A stretch of 59,760 bases of DNA, filler included, from Pirum gemmata (lineage: Eukaryota): NCBI GenBank assembly GCA_002812295.1. It is 9 parts of 9 records of this genome, joined end to end, with 100 filler letters (N's around TTAATTAATTAA, not from the genome) between each part and the next. Parts side by side here need not be neighbours in the genome. Positions count along the whole stretch, not along the records: positions 33,316 to 39,844 come from PDIN01000249.1; positions 39,945 to 46,476 come from PDIN01000250.1; positions 46,577 to 53,132 come from PDIN01000251.1; 6 more parts are not named here. One strand, 5' to 3'. A program made the translations under genes and the position numbers. Shown one piece after another: positions 39,191 to 52,319 of this stretch. Each line of letters starts with the position of its first letter. The first letter of the stretch is position 1. A model generated the notes under the pieces. The model saw nothing but the letters and a program-made list of their open reading frames with translations. It was not told the origin of the DNA and made no database searches.

Positions 39191-40285
39191 CATAGTCTAG
39201 TATCATATAGTAGTAGCTATGATACATTTCATCCTCTTGTACATGTGTCAGCACTACAAATTCTACAATTTCTACAAACAAAAAAATAAACAAAAAATTT
39301 ATTATGGTTAGGGTTTAACAATAGGGTTAGGTAATAGGGTTCAACTTATATAAGTTATAATTTTAGGGTATCGATAGGTGTTGTAGATCTTTATCTGATA
39401 GTAGTAACGTTTTACACTGTTACACATGTGCACAGACGGTGACAAACTGTGTCACAGACAAGCTGACACTGTCTATCTACAGAATGTGGGAGTACAGAGT
39501 GAGTACAGTCACAGACTCACAGTACAGATCGATGTACTTCGATAAGTTGACGATAACGATAACTCACCACACGAATATCAACAGCAAAAAATAAAAAAAA
39601 AAAAAAAAAAAATTGGCAAATTTCAGTAGATATCTTTTCTAGTTTTGAGTCTTGTCCTTTTTAGGCCTATCTTTATCTATCTTTATATACAAAAGTGTCA
39701 GTATTCGCACAATTTTAGTAGGGTGAGAACTCTGAGAACTCTTGAGATATCTACTGGAACTTTTTTCGAACAGATGCTTTTATACACTTCTGTCGCAAAG
39801 TGTCTATAGGTATAAATATATATTTTATTTATTATAATTATAATNNNNNNNNNNNNNNNNNNNNNNNNNNNNNNNNNNNNNNNNNNNNTTAATTAATTAA
39901 NNNNNNNNNNNNNNNNNNNNNNNNNNNNNNNNNNNNNNNNNNNNTTATTATTATTAAAACTGATGATTTTTATATATATTATTAATTAATGATTATTATT
40001 ATTAATTTTTATTATTATAATTATATTATATTATAATTATTAATAAATTATTATCATTATCATTAATTATTAATATCATTAATTATTATTATTTTAAAAA
40101 TAATTTTTTTAAAAAAAAAATTATTGTTATTATTATAATATTATATATATAATAATTTTTTTTAATTTTATTTTATGTTATAAATAAATACAAGGACACT
40201 TTTGAAGTCCTTGATAAAACTTTGATAAATATAAAAATGGAGGAGTTTTTGTTTTTTGTCTAGAGCTAGCTAGCTAGATACTACT

Positions 40286-40498
40286 ATGGTGCAAATAATT
40301 TAAAAACGTCCAGCTTTTGGGGTCCAATATAATTTTTAGTTTTCAAATATAAGTAATATAATAGTCATTTTTAATAGGTTTGAAATTTTAGAACATATAT
40401 CATATACATAAAAAAGGTGGTACTTTTAATTAGTAAACAAAAGTATCATAGGACGCTTTTATTTTTTAAAAAAATAATTTTAAATTGTTTGCACCATA
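40286..40498. mobile_element. MITE family G (TATGGTGCAAA.AA terminal inverted repeats)
   Basis: TATGGTGCAAATAATTTAAAA...TTTTAAATTGTTTGCACCATA. Related pieces at 21156-21290, 24111-24240 and 25313-25596. A different element with TATGGTGCA ends lies at 22491-22650. Confidence 0.7.
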
Positions 40499-42824
40499 AT
40501 CTTGTAGTACAGACTTACTGCTACACGTAGCTCTAGCTAGCTAGCTAGTAGCTAGTCTGCTACAGTATGCTACTAGCTAGCTAGTAGCTAGCTATATCAT
40601 ATGAGTTCATATTCATAAAACCATAATATCATAGAAAAAAAAATGGCTAGTTTTTTTGGGGTTGATAAAATTACTAACATATCGTGGTTTAATTTGGTAA
40701 TAATTAATAACGACTCTTCTAATATGGTAAAATTTGATTTTTGATTTTTTTTTTTTTAAGTTCTGCAATTGGCTAGTGTTAAAAAACTATTAGTGTGCGA
40801 ATAAAACATGAAGGCAATTGTTTTTTTTTTTATATATCATAAAAAAAAATTAAAATAGGCTAGCTACTAGACAGTGTAGACACTGCTAGCTACTACTAGC
40901 TAGCTAGCTAGACCCCAGTCTACTGAAGACTGTGTCAAACTGCGTCAGAAGCTACAGTTAGCCAGTAAGTGATGGGAGGGGTAAGGATACTAAGGAATTA
41001 TCAAAATTATGAGTTAATTACGTCCTTAAATATATTTGACGCAAACAGTTTACTATTTAATTATTATAAATGACGTAATAGATATAGCTTGTTGTCAGAC
41101 AAAAACTTTATGATGTAAAATAAACCCTCCCAGGCTCCCCTCCTTCCATCGTAAAAAAGATACACACAGGCTTGTCCCCGGTATTCTGGTGTGACTGTAC
41201 AAAGTGACTACAAAGTGCATGTCAAGATTATTTATTATGATATTAGTCTACATCAAGTGATTCAAATTTGACTCAAGTTTTTTTTTTTTTTTTTTCAATA
41301 TTATAAGATTTTGCCAAGTAAAAACTAAAAATTAGTGGTAAAATAGTGGTAAAATACACTGATCATGCAATATCTTGAGCAGTATTGGCATTGTGGTCTC
41401 TGCACAATAATAATATATAATATAATATATTTAATTATATAATATTATTTTATTGAACTTAAAATTGTATTATTAATAATATTATGAAAAATATTCAGTT
41501 AGTAGTATAGTTGTTGATTGAAATTTTTAATATATTTGGTTGAATTATGACGATATTGAACCTAGCTCTAGTAGGTAGGATGTAGGACTGGTGGCACATA
41601 CTAATTAAAAAGTCATCATGGTAGGGTTATTTAAGGTTAGGTAGCTACATGTATCATACTATTAAAGATTCATAGCTTTTTTTTTTTCTTTTTTCTATCA
41701 TAATAAAGAAAAAAAAAAGTTCCAGTTTTATAAAAAAAAGGAGTACTGTACGTGGTATCTGATATCATATACATACATAGCCTCCCCTTTTTTCTTAATT
41801 AATAAAAAAAAGGATACAATTTGATGGCAAAGCCTAGTAGCTAGCTAGCTACTGTATGATAAACAGTTGTAAACTATAACAGACATAAGGGTGATGAGTT
41901 TGTGATATATAATATTATTAATGACGTTCGATCAATCATATATCGATCATTTATAATTAATAAGGGTGACGAGTTTGTGATATATTATTAATGACGTTCG
42001 ATCAATCATATATCGATCATTTATAATTAATATTTACTTTTTTTAAAAAAGAATAACAAGTATTTAGTAACAATATCATAATTATTATATCTGCTGGTAG
42101 TCTATGACACCATTATGTCTATGTGTTATGTATGATAGGTGTTATATTATTATGTATACCGCTTTTCCAAATATTTATTTGGTTGGTTATAATTTTTTAA
42201 TTGACATTGTTAAATGAATAAATTAATAATAAAATATACCAAATTAAATTAAATAGATTTATGAAGCACGATATTATGATATTAAATAGCTATGATAGAC
42301 TCGTCCACCCAGATACTGCAGATAGTCCGCAGTAGACTATGATATAGTATATTTTTGCTATTGGTAGAGCTATTGGTATACTTGTAGGTTGAATACAAAA
42401 AAGGGAAGTTCAAACAAAAACTTTTTTTTTTTTTTTAGAATGCTCGAAAAGTTTGAGGACCAATGGAAGACCCGCGTCTAATGCATAGTCGGAACGTTTT
42501 TTTCATCTAGTTTTTTTTCTGAGTTTTTTTTTACTTTTCAAGATATGGATAGGTCTACGAAGAGAACTGTCTGCGAGTGATGGTATAAAAAATAATATGA
42601 TTATGATATTTTTTTAATAAGTTTTATTGAATAACTCATTTGTTTATTTAATATCAGCTTTTATTATTTATTGTAAGTTATTTAGAAATTGTTAGCGTAT
42701 ATTTTCATATAATTATCATACAAAAATCCGCAACCTACACAAGGGAATGCAAACTTTCCTTCAAACTCAAGAACCAACAATCAAACGAGCCTTGTTTTTT
42801 CAAAACGTATACGTATACTATACG

Positions 42825-43025
42825 TATCGTGCTTTTCAGTTATTTTGTTGTCATAAAATATACAATTAATAGTACCAAATTAATACAATATAAATCCATT
42901 TCATTTAATTTGGTATATTTTATTATATATTTATTTATTTAAATTCATTTAAAAAAGTATCAATTTAAATATTATAAACAATCAAATAAATATTCGGAGT
43001 GACAAAATAAATGAAAAGCACAATA
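42825..43025 (+). mobile_element. MITE family A, reference copy (about 190 bp, TA|TCGTGCTTTTCA...TGAAAAGCACGA|TA)
   Basis: Terminal inverted repeats flanked by TA, no coding capacity. At least 13 copies occur across unrelated contigs. Confidence 0.85.
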
Positions 43026-44010
43026 CTTTAGTAGATAAGTTACCATAAGTACGTGGTATCGATAGAATCTATTATGATACTAGCTGTAGATTTCGAACTC
43101 ACCTTTTTTTTTGTTTTTTTTTTTGTTTGTTTCGCATATATTCTGGTTTGTTTAAAAATAGAGTTTTCGAGCCTATGCATTAATTGAGTTCGAATTTATT
43201 AAAATTTTATTATTTATTTATAAACCCGAAAAAATGGAAAAAATAATTTTCGAACAGGGCTGAATTTCGGGTTTTTTTTTTCGACAATAGAAATTCGAGT
43301 TTTCGAGCTCAAGCAGAATTGGGAGAGGCTTACCTACCATACGACTGCTAGCTAGTAGACTAGCTACCTAGGAGCAAGCATTATAATATATAGCACATAA
43401 TATGATACAACTACTTTACGCTTACCATGTAAGGGTGTGTATTATCGTGTTACTTGTGTAAGTATACGCTTGGTGAGTATTTCTAAAAATATAAATAGCA
43501 TCTCTATTTTTGGGTTGAGGGCTTGTAGGTTAGCCAGTAATATAGCAAGAGCCACTGGTAGCACTGGTAGGCAGTGGTAAGTTACTAAGCTGGAATGTAG
43601 ATGTAACACCCCCGAGCCGACCCCGAGCCTACCCCCGAGCTACTCCCGAGCTACTGTAGCATAATGAGGCATAATGATGCATATCCATTTTAGCATAACT
43701 ATCGTAGCTAGCATAACTATGATATATCATAGTTGACTCCAATCCTTTTTTTTACCTTAGCGAAGGGGACTAAAGGCAGTCTCGGAGGGGGTAGTGGCCA
43801 GCTATCGATAAGTAGCTACTGTGTCCGTAGCTAGCTAGACTAGCTAATAGCTATGAGAGGTTACTGAGAGGCTATGGCTATGGGCCTATGAAACGAGGCT
43901 ATGACTCACCTATGAAAGTTATGAACCTACTTTTTAGTAGCTAAACTGCAGCTAAGGAAAACACATTCTCTGAAAACTGGCTACTAGCAGTTCTACTAGC
44001 TAAACTAGTC

Positions 44011-44189
44011 TATCGTGTTTTTCAATAGTGTTATCCAGTTCAAAAACTGAAATAAACCTATCAGAAATGTTTTATCATAATTAATTTGGTATTTGATACT
44101 TAATGTTGTATTTATAAACAAGTTCAATTATACACGTAAACAGCACCAAATTAAAGATTAAGAGGACAACTGTAATGAAATAGACGATA
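44011..44189 (+). mobile_element. MITE family B copy
   Basis: TATCGTGTTTTTCAATAG...GAAATAGACGATA with a short internal deletion. Confidence 0.8.
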
Positions 44190-46675
44190 ATATTGTAGCT
44201 CTCATATTTTAATTATATAAGCATATTATTTTAAAAATTCATTTTTTTTTTTTTTTTTTTTAATTTTTAAAAAATACGCTTTCATATGAATGGAAGTTGA
44301 TTAGAGTTGCTAGCTAGCTAGCTAGCTAGCTAGGAGAGAGTGGTATGTAGCTCAGTAGCTCAGTAGCTAGCCAGTACGTCACTCTCTAGCTAGATAGCAA
44401 CTAGCTATCGATAACGGTCTGAGCTAGCTAGCTAGCGGTCAGTGGTCACTGCTGTCACAGCTTGTCAGCCTCAGTGTACGCCTGGTCTCAGTAGTGCCTA
44501 CTCTAGTAGCTAGCTAGAGCTACAGTCTAGAGAGTATCATAGTAGCTAAGTACATATAGCTATCGATAGATATAGTTCTATATAGTATAATATGATATAG
44601 AAGTATCATAACTGTATTATGACATAATATAACTATAACTATAACTATATCTAAACGCATAACACTACTATAACTATAACTATAACTATAACTATAACTA
44701 TAACTATAACTATAACTATAACTATAACTATAACTATAACTATAACTATAACCTTTGACTTAAACTTAAACTTTTGAAATTTTGTACTATTGTAGTATTA
44801 ATTTATAAGGGTCTGTACAGTGTCTGTACACTAACTAACACACTAGTCTACTACTATCAATATATTATAAATATAAGGAAAATTAGACATCTCGCATTCC
44901 TAATTAATTACAATATAATTAATAATTGTTATATTATATAAAAAATAATAATAATGATAAATTATTATATCTGATAATTATATATTATTATACGATAGTT
45001 ATATAGAAGTGTTGTAGGTAATGAAATAATATAATATTATTGATATTATATGATATCAGATATAGAGTAGATATAGGCACTATCAAATCAAAAAATCATG
45101 CATGAAAAAAAAGTGCTCACTTGTTACTTTGTTGACTGGTGGTGCTAGCTAGCCATAGAGGGTAGTCTCACAAGACTCCTAGCTAGCTACTAGCTAGCTA
45201 GCTTGGCGGGAAGCTCTAGCTAGCTAGCTACTAGCTACAGCTACTAGCTAGTAGCTAGCTTAGACTCACAACAAGAAGTTTTTTTTTTTTTCAACCGCTA
45301 ATAATGCATGAGCGGTAGATGGTTCCCTACAACAGCAACTACTAGCTGGTAGCTAGCTAGCTACTAGCTAGCTAGTCTAGTAGCTACTGCTAGTAGCTTT
45401 CGATAGTAGAATAGCTAGCTAGTTTAGTACTGTAGCTATGATTTATGATTGCAAATTATTTCTGTTTTTTTTTAAAAAAAATAATAATAAAAAATAATAA
45501 AAAAAAATAAACGTAATGATTATAAATAATTAATTACCTGGTATATCATAATTACTATCCAAATATCACCTTACATCCATATAAACATTATGATATAATT
45601 TATAAATTTATACTAATAAATAAATAAATTTATAACAATAATAATAATAATAATATAATAATAATAATATCGTAGACGGGGTGGGGTGGTCTGATACTGC
45701 TATAGGTGTAACACTCTTAACTGGCTCCCTTAGTAGCCAGGCCTAGTTTTTTATTTTTAGTTGTTGTTATGATAATAATAATAAAAATTAATTACAATAA
45801 TCAATAATAATAATTAATGATATTAATAATTAATGATAATGATAATAATTTATTAATAATTATATTACATATATATATTAATAATTAATGATAATGATAA
45901 TAATTTATTAATAATTATATTACATATACATATATAATTATAATATATAAATAAAATTATTCATAATTCGAATATACATATACTGTAATTGGTACTACAA
46001 ACTAAATAATATGGCACTATACTACTAACTAGGATGCTATAACTAATAATTGATCTGATATCATATAAGTATCATATAGCTACTAATTTTTTTTTTTTTT
46101 TTTTTGAACTGAAAGTAAACCTGGCTAAATTTGGATAATTTCAACAACATTCCAGCTGGTCTTTTTTATTTTTTAAAAAAAAAAAATAACAGACTATCAT
46201 ATTATAATAACAGTCACTTAGCCTAGCTACTTTAGTAGCTAGCTACTAGCTAACTAGTAGTAGACTATTTTTAAAATTATCATAATTAATTAAACTAGCT
46301 AGACTATCGATTATTAGTTAGAATCTAGCTAGAGTACATTGTACAGACTTAGCCAGAAGACCTCTAACTACTAGCTAGCTAGCTAGCTAGAGCTAGAGTC
46401 TTAGCACATCTTTCGGATTCTTTCCCCACAAGAAAAACCACTTTTCTGTTCAAGTTTGTTGGCTTTTTTTTTTTTTNNNNNNNNNNNNNNNNNNNNNNNN
46501 NNNNNNNNNNNNNNNNNNNNTTAATTAATTAANNNNNNNNNNNNNNNNNNNNNNNNNNNNNNNNNNNNNNNNNNNNGGTGGTGGTGGTGGTGGTGGTGGT
46601 GATAGTAAAATATTGAACTTCAAGTAAAAGAAAAAAAGAGGAGGACCACAAAGCTTAAAAAATGGAGATTGAAAC

Positions 46676-46850
46676 CTATTTTAGATAAAGCAACATCTTG
46701 TATTTTATCACCAATGGTTTCCATAGTAATAATATTAAATGTCAGTGAGGGATGGGCAGCCGTCAGCCATTCTACAACTTTGTGAGTTTGAACCATGGCG
46801 AGAGCACTTTTTCTAGTCCCAACATTGATAACACTTTTTTCTTCAGACAT
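46676..46850 (-). CDS. HMBS: Porphobilinogen deaminase (hydroxymethylbilane synthase), exon 1
   Basis: [22 protein letters not shown]...[17 protein letters not shown] then a GT donor. GTRxSxLA and TxGDK signatures present. Cut by the contig end. Confidence 0.93.
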
Positions 46851-47204
46851 TATTAATTATGTTTAATAGTTTTGTTTTGTTTTTGTTTTTGTTTTTGTTT
46901 TAAGGTTGACGGTGAATTTGTATATTAATGTTGATATGGATGTTTTTGTTGGTGGTGGTGGTTGTGGTTACTTTGTGGTGGTTGCCGACATAATATATTT
47001 ACTGCCTTTTCTTTTAAAAAAAAATTGTGTTGCTTTTATGATAATCATAGTTTATTGATCACACTTAGCCCCAGACCTAGCTAGCTACGAATAATGGGCC
47101 GTCTGGAGTAACATAAGATGATTCCCCACTAGTTGTTTCCCATTAATTTGTTAGGTCTATTTGATCGATGGCTCACCCGTTCGGGCCTACCATCNNNNNN
47201 NNNN

Positions 47205-48860
47205 ATATGAAAAAGAAGTCAGAATCGATATGGTTGCTGAACTAGACTAAGCTATCGATACTTTGTTAGTATGATACCTCCCCCACCCCCGTTGCTCCTA
47301 CTAGCAGAGTGTAGCTAACTTGTAGGAGCTAGCTAGTAGCTAGCTAGCTAGTCTGATACTCAAATCTGTAGGAGCTAGCTACTAGTATCATATCTGTAGA
47401 TCATATCTGTTTGTTATCATATGACATAGTATGATAGAAGTAGACTAGACTCCAGTCCAGGACTCCAGTAGACTTAGCCAGTAGCTAGCTAGCTACTACT
47501 TAGCTCTCTACATTGGCCTAGCTATATATCATAGCAAAAAAAAAAAAGTACCTCCTGGCTTCTATCATATCATACTGCTACTGGCTTGATAAGTAGATAG
47601 TTAGGTTTAGTTTAGACTATCATCATACATACTGGTACGATAGTAGGGTATCGATAGTTCTACTAGCTATTGGTAACTACTGTAGCTACTAGCTAGTATG
47701 ATGAGGTACTGGAGAGTCCATCATATCATCTCATAGACTAGACTATCATGTTAGATTCATGTATGATAGCCATCATAACTACCAGTCTAGCTATCTGATA
47801 GTAGCTAGCTAGCTAGCTAGCTATCACACTGGTTGTCTACTAGCCTAGCTAGTAGCTACTAGCTAGCTACTGTAGCTAGTAATAGGTATATGTTTACCCC
47901 ATAACTAGTCTACTGGAACGAACCAAGGGAACAAAGCCTAACATAGCTAGGAGAGCTACCACTATGATATGCATAGACTACTAGCTAGCTATCATAGTAG
48001 AGAGTTAGTTAGGTAGCTCTAGGAGTAGCTACCACTATGATATGCATACTGGCTACTAGCTAGCTACTAGTAGTAGAGGGAGTAGTAGCTCTACTCCTAC
48101 CGGCTCTACCGGTGCTACTACCCCTCTCGCTAGCTACTAGCTAGTGTAGATATGACAGTAGTAGACCTAGCTACTACTAGCTAGCTAGCTAGTAGAAGGA
48201 GACTCTATGATAGCTAGACTCTAGCTAGCTAGCCTCTACCCGGTAGTCTAGCTAGCAGTGTCATAGTAGACCCCAGTATGATAGTAGCCCCCCCCCCCTA
48301 CTAGCTAGTAGCTACTCTAGCGTCTAGTTTAGCTAGACCCTACTAGCTAGTATCGATAGCTAGTAGCGTAGACGGGGTCTACTAGATACTAGCTAGCTAG
48401 AGAGACTATTAGCCTGACTACTAGCTAGCAGAGGCCATCTATTAGCTAATGTAGCTAGCTATCTAGCTAGCTGCAAGCTAGCTTGATCAAGTCTATCTGG
48501 GGGATTCTGGGTATCCATAGCTTGACTGTGGCTTGATAGACTACTAAGCTAGCTAGGTAGTCTAGTCTACTATCAGATACCGGTACAGCTACATACCTAC
48601 CCTACCAGTACAACTAGTAGCTAGCTAGTAGTAGCTAGCTAGACCAGTAAACTTGTATTAGACTATGATATCATATGCATACCAAATCCCACTCCAACCA
48701 ACTCTAGCTAGTCTAACTCTAGCTAGTCTAGCTAGCTTGTAGTTAGGTAGACCTACTATTCTTGACTTATTCTTGTTAGTTAGGTATCGATTAGTAGACT
48801 ATTAGTAGACTAGCTAGCCTAGTAGCTAGCTAGGTGTTAGCTAGCTAGCTAGCTAGACGA
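47205..48860. repeat. TAGC/TAG/TAC-rich low-complexity tract
   Basis: Dense TAGCTA, TAGTA, TACTA, TAGACTA, TATCATA and TATCGATA words. Confidence 0.85.
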
Positions 48861-48940
48861 TAATTTTTTTTTTTTGTTTTTTTGTTTTTTTTTTTTTTTT
48901 TTTTATTTTGTTGTGTTTTTTATATTTTTTTTTTTTTTTT

Positions 48941-48977
<37 letters not shown>

Positions 48978-49433
48978 CAAGCTGGATAGGACTGAAGAAA
49001 TCGTTTTTTTTTTTTAGACTTCTTTTCTAAAAATCTTTAATGCTAGATAGTCAAAATATGTTTAAAAACTAGCAATTGGTTCATAATAGAGTTTTATTAC
49101 TTATAATATTTTCAACTATTTGGTAGTACTTTAATTAAAATTGGTTCATTTTGAGATTTTACTTTTAGCTCATATGGCGGATGTCGCCATTTTTATCCCG
49201 CTTGGTGGTTTTAGTCTATTAAAAAAAAAAAATCAGTTATCATAGTTCAGTGAGTTTAAAATTCTAAGGAATTTCTGCTATGCTGTAATTAACCAATGAA
49301 TTTAGTTTGTTCAGATAAGTGAGAAATTCCATCTCGATAAAGGGTTTTTCGAATGTTTTTCGAATATAATAATTTATTAATTATTAATTAGGTTTGATAC
49401 TAAGTATCAAAACTGAAAAGTAGTAGAGTAGAA

Positions 49434-49610
49434 AGGAATCGTTCATAAAGGACGTCACCTAATCTTACCTATCTCTTTGTCCAAAACACTTTTGGTCATA
49501 ATTTTAAAGTTCATTTTAATAATTAATTACTGCCTAAAACAGTTTAAGTCACACTTTCGAGCAATGACTTCTATCAAAGAATAAGTGACATCCTTTATAA
49601 ATGTTCCCTA
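49434..49610 (+). mobile_element. MITE family C, reference copy (GGGAACATTCATAAAGGACGTCAC-type inverted ends)
   Basis: TTCATAAAGGACGTCAC...GTGACATCCTTTATAAATGTTCCCTA. Six copies in the window. The GGG ends are reminiscent of PIF/Harbinger-like MITEs, but the superfamily is uncertain. Confidence 0.8.
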
Positions 49611-49672
49611 AAAGGACATCATCAATTTTATAGGGATTTCCAATCATAGCTAGCTAGCTAGCTAGTAGTCCC

Positions 49673-49708
49673 CCTAACCCTAACCCTAACCCTAACCCTA
49701 ACCCTAAC
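49673..49708 (-). repeat. Interstitial (TTAGGG)n
   Basis: About 6 CCCTAA units. Others at 37109-37141, 50748-50818, 55020-55070 and 56731-56760. Confidence 0.85.
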
Positions 49709-50754
49709 TAGCTAGGCTAGTACTAGTAGCTAACCCCTCAAGAATCAAGACCCCCTCTTTGTCTTTGGGTGAATGAGGGGGATTTTGGGCATTTCTGTCC
49801 TCTGGAATTCCAAGCCACAACTGCCAATTTTGATTACGTCCTTATTGAACGTTCCCTCTAGTACTTAACTAGCTAGCTAGCATAACTCTAGCTAGCTAGC
49901 CCTAGCTAGAGTCTAGCTAGCTAGCATAAGTCTAGCATAGTAGAAAAATCAAAAAAAAAAACGAAAAATTTTTAAAAAACGAAAAAAATCGGTCTACATT
50001 TTGTCAAACCTTTTGTCGATTCGACCCCACTCTCGATCTTTATACACTAACTAGCCTTTATAAATATAGCCCATAGAAATATGTTCGAAATTATTCGATA
50101 GATTCAAATAGATTTCGAACTGATAAGAAATTTTCGCATTTTTTTTTCCTGCGCTTTTTTCCTGCACTGGTATTTTTTTTTAAAAAGAGAATTTTTTTTA
50201 GTTTTTTTTTGGGTTTTTTTTTTCTTGAAAGGTTTTTCAGGGTTTTTTTTTTTCGTTTTTTTTTTTCAAAAAATTTAGTGACAGAATTTTCTTAAAAAAA
50301 TATATGTTTATCCCAAAAATAAGTATAAGTTACCTAAAACAAGATCTCTTAATTAATAATAATCTAAATTTAGTATATAAAACAGCTTTAAAGGAAATTC
50401 TATAGGTATTTTGGAGAACTGCAGACTATATATCTAATAATAATTATCATATTATTATAAATAATTTATTATCATCATAATATATTAATATATTATATCG
50501 TGATAACATAATTATTATACATATAACATTTATATATGCATATATCAATATAATTGTTATAATATTTATTTATTTAATAATACATCATCACCACCTATTC
50601 ATATTCGAAAATTTAAAACTAACTTTTTTTTAAGGTTATAATTACTACTAGCTAGAGTACTTAGGGTTAGGGAAAGGGGAGTTGTTGGGGACCGCGGGGT
50701 ATGGTCATATAGTAGTATAATTAGCTATAGACGAAAACGATAAAAACGTTAGGG

Positions 50755-50795
<41 letters not shown>

Positions 50796-52114
50796 GGTTA
50801 GGGTTAGGGTCAGGGTTAGTCTATAGCTATATATATAATATATTATGATAAATCGAACATATATAATATATACTATAATACGTATTAATATACCATTATC
50901 AATTAAATTGGATATTAATTAATAGATATATTCGTATATATTATATATTTATTATACAGTTTAGACTTTAGAGTAATTTTCTATTGTTAAATATTTCTTT
51001 GGTTGAACTTAATTATAATACCAAAATAACAATCGAGAGAACCAAAAATGAAATTCGCAAAAAGTATACAATTAGCTATAGTGTGGCTACATAATTCGCA
51101 GTAGTTATGATCAGCTAACTCCAGCTGCAGTATACGTATAACTATAGCTACAAGTAGAAATATATCAACGAATTTGGAACCACATCATTATCACTATATT
51201 ATATATATCATTTTAAAAAACAGAAGGGGACAAAAAATCACAACCTTTTTTACTAACAACCAATTCACACAAGACAATATCAAAACACCCAAAAACAAAG
51301 GAGGCATCAACATACATGAAAGTATTAATATTATGACACAATTTCAGTCACAGAAAAAAAAAAAAGTCAAAACTGTGACATAGTCTACTACTGTTTCTCC
51401 TTTTTTTACAACGAAAACAGGATTTTTTTCTTTTTTCTGAAGAAATAATCATCATCATGACAGCTATCATGACTAGAATTATGACCATCATCATCATTGC
51501 TACTAGCTAGTAGCTATCGATAGTAGTAGTCCCGATTCCGACCGATTCACTACGCACTACGGTATAGACTAAAGACGATATTACTACTATATTACTACGA
51601 TATTACAAAAATACACAAAAATAATTAAAATACTTTACGGCCACCAGCTGACGGCCACGTAAAAGTTCTTTTAGGTGGCTGTGAAATAATTGTGAAATAT
51701 ACTATGAAAATTATCGATAACATATTATTATTATTCATAGGGAGCGTTCAAATACTACGTAACGCCAATTTCCGGTCAAATACAGTTTCAAATACCCCTA
51801 CCTACCTACCCCTCGACGTTAAAAATTCCGTCAAATACCAGAGTAGAAGCAGAGTAGAAGTCTAGAGTAGAGTATCAGGAGACTACCAGGAAACTATGAC
51901 ATAATTATGACATAGTACTTTATTATATATAGCTAGCTATCATAGCTACTATATTATGATACTATCATAATATTATACTATCAATAGCTATCATAGACTA
52001 TTACTAGCTAGCTAGTTAGCTATGATAGCTTGTAGACCAGGTAGACCAGGGGCAAGACCAGGGGACCAGGGGTAGAGTGACTAGCTAGCTACTAGCTAGC
52101 TCTAGTAGCTACTG

Positions 52115-52319
52115 TAGCGTGTTTTTCAATAGTGTTGTCCAGTTCAAAAACTGAAATAAACTTACCAAATTATTATTATGGTTAAACTATCGGACATGTT
52201 TTGATTAATTTGGTATTTTATACTTAATGTTGCATTTTATAAAACAGTTCAATTATACCCTTAAAAAGTACCAAATTAAAGATTGAGAGGACAACTGTAT
52301 GTAATGAAATAGACGATAG
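52115..52319 (+). mobile_element. MITE family B, reference copy (about 200 bp)
   Basis: Imperfect inverted ends CGTGTTTTTCAATAGTGTTGTCC / GGACAACTGT..GAAATAGACGATA. About 10 copies, including 55456-55629. Confidence 0.85.

Noticed and set aside
46968..46991. ATG TCG GCA ACC ACC ACA AAG TAA upstream of HMBS as an alternative first exon
   Set aside because: No in-frame acceptor found; at most a 7-codon uORF.
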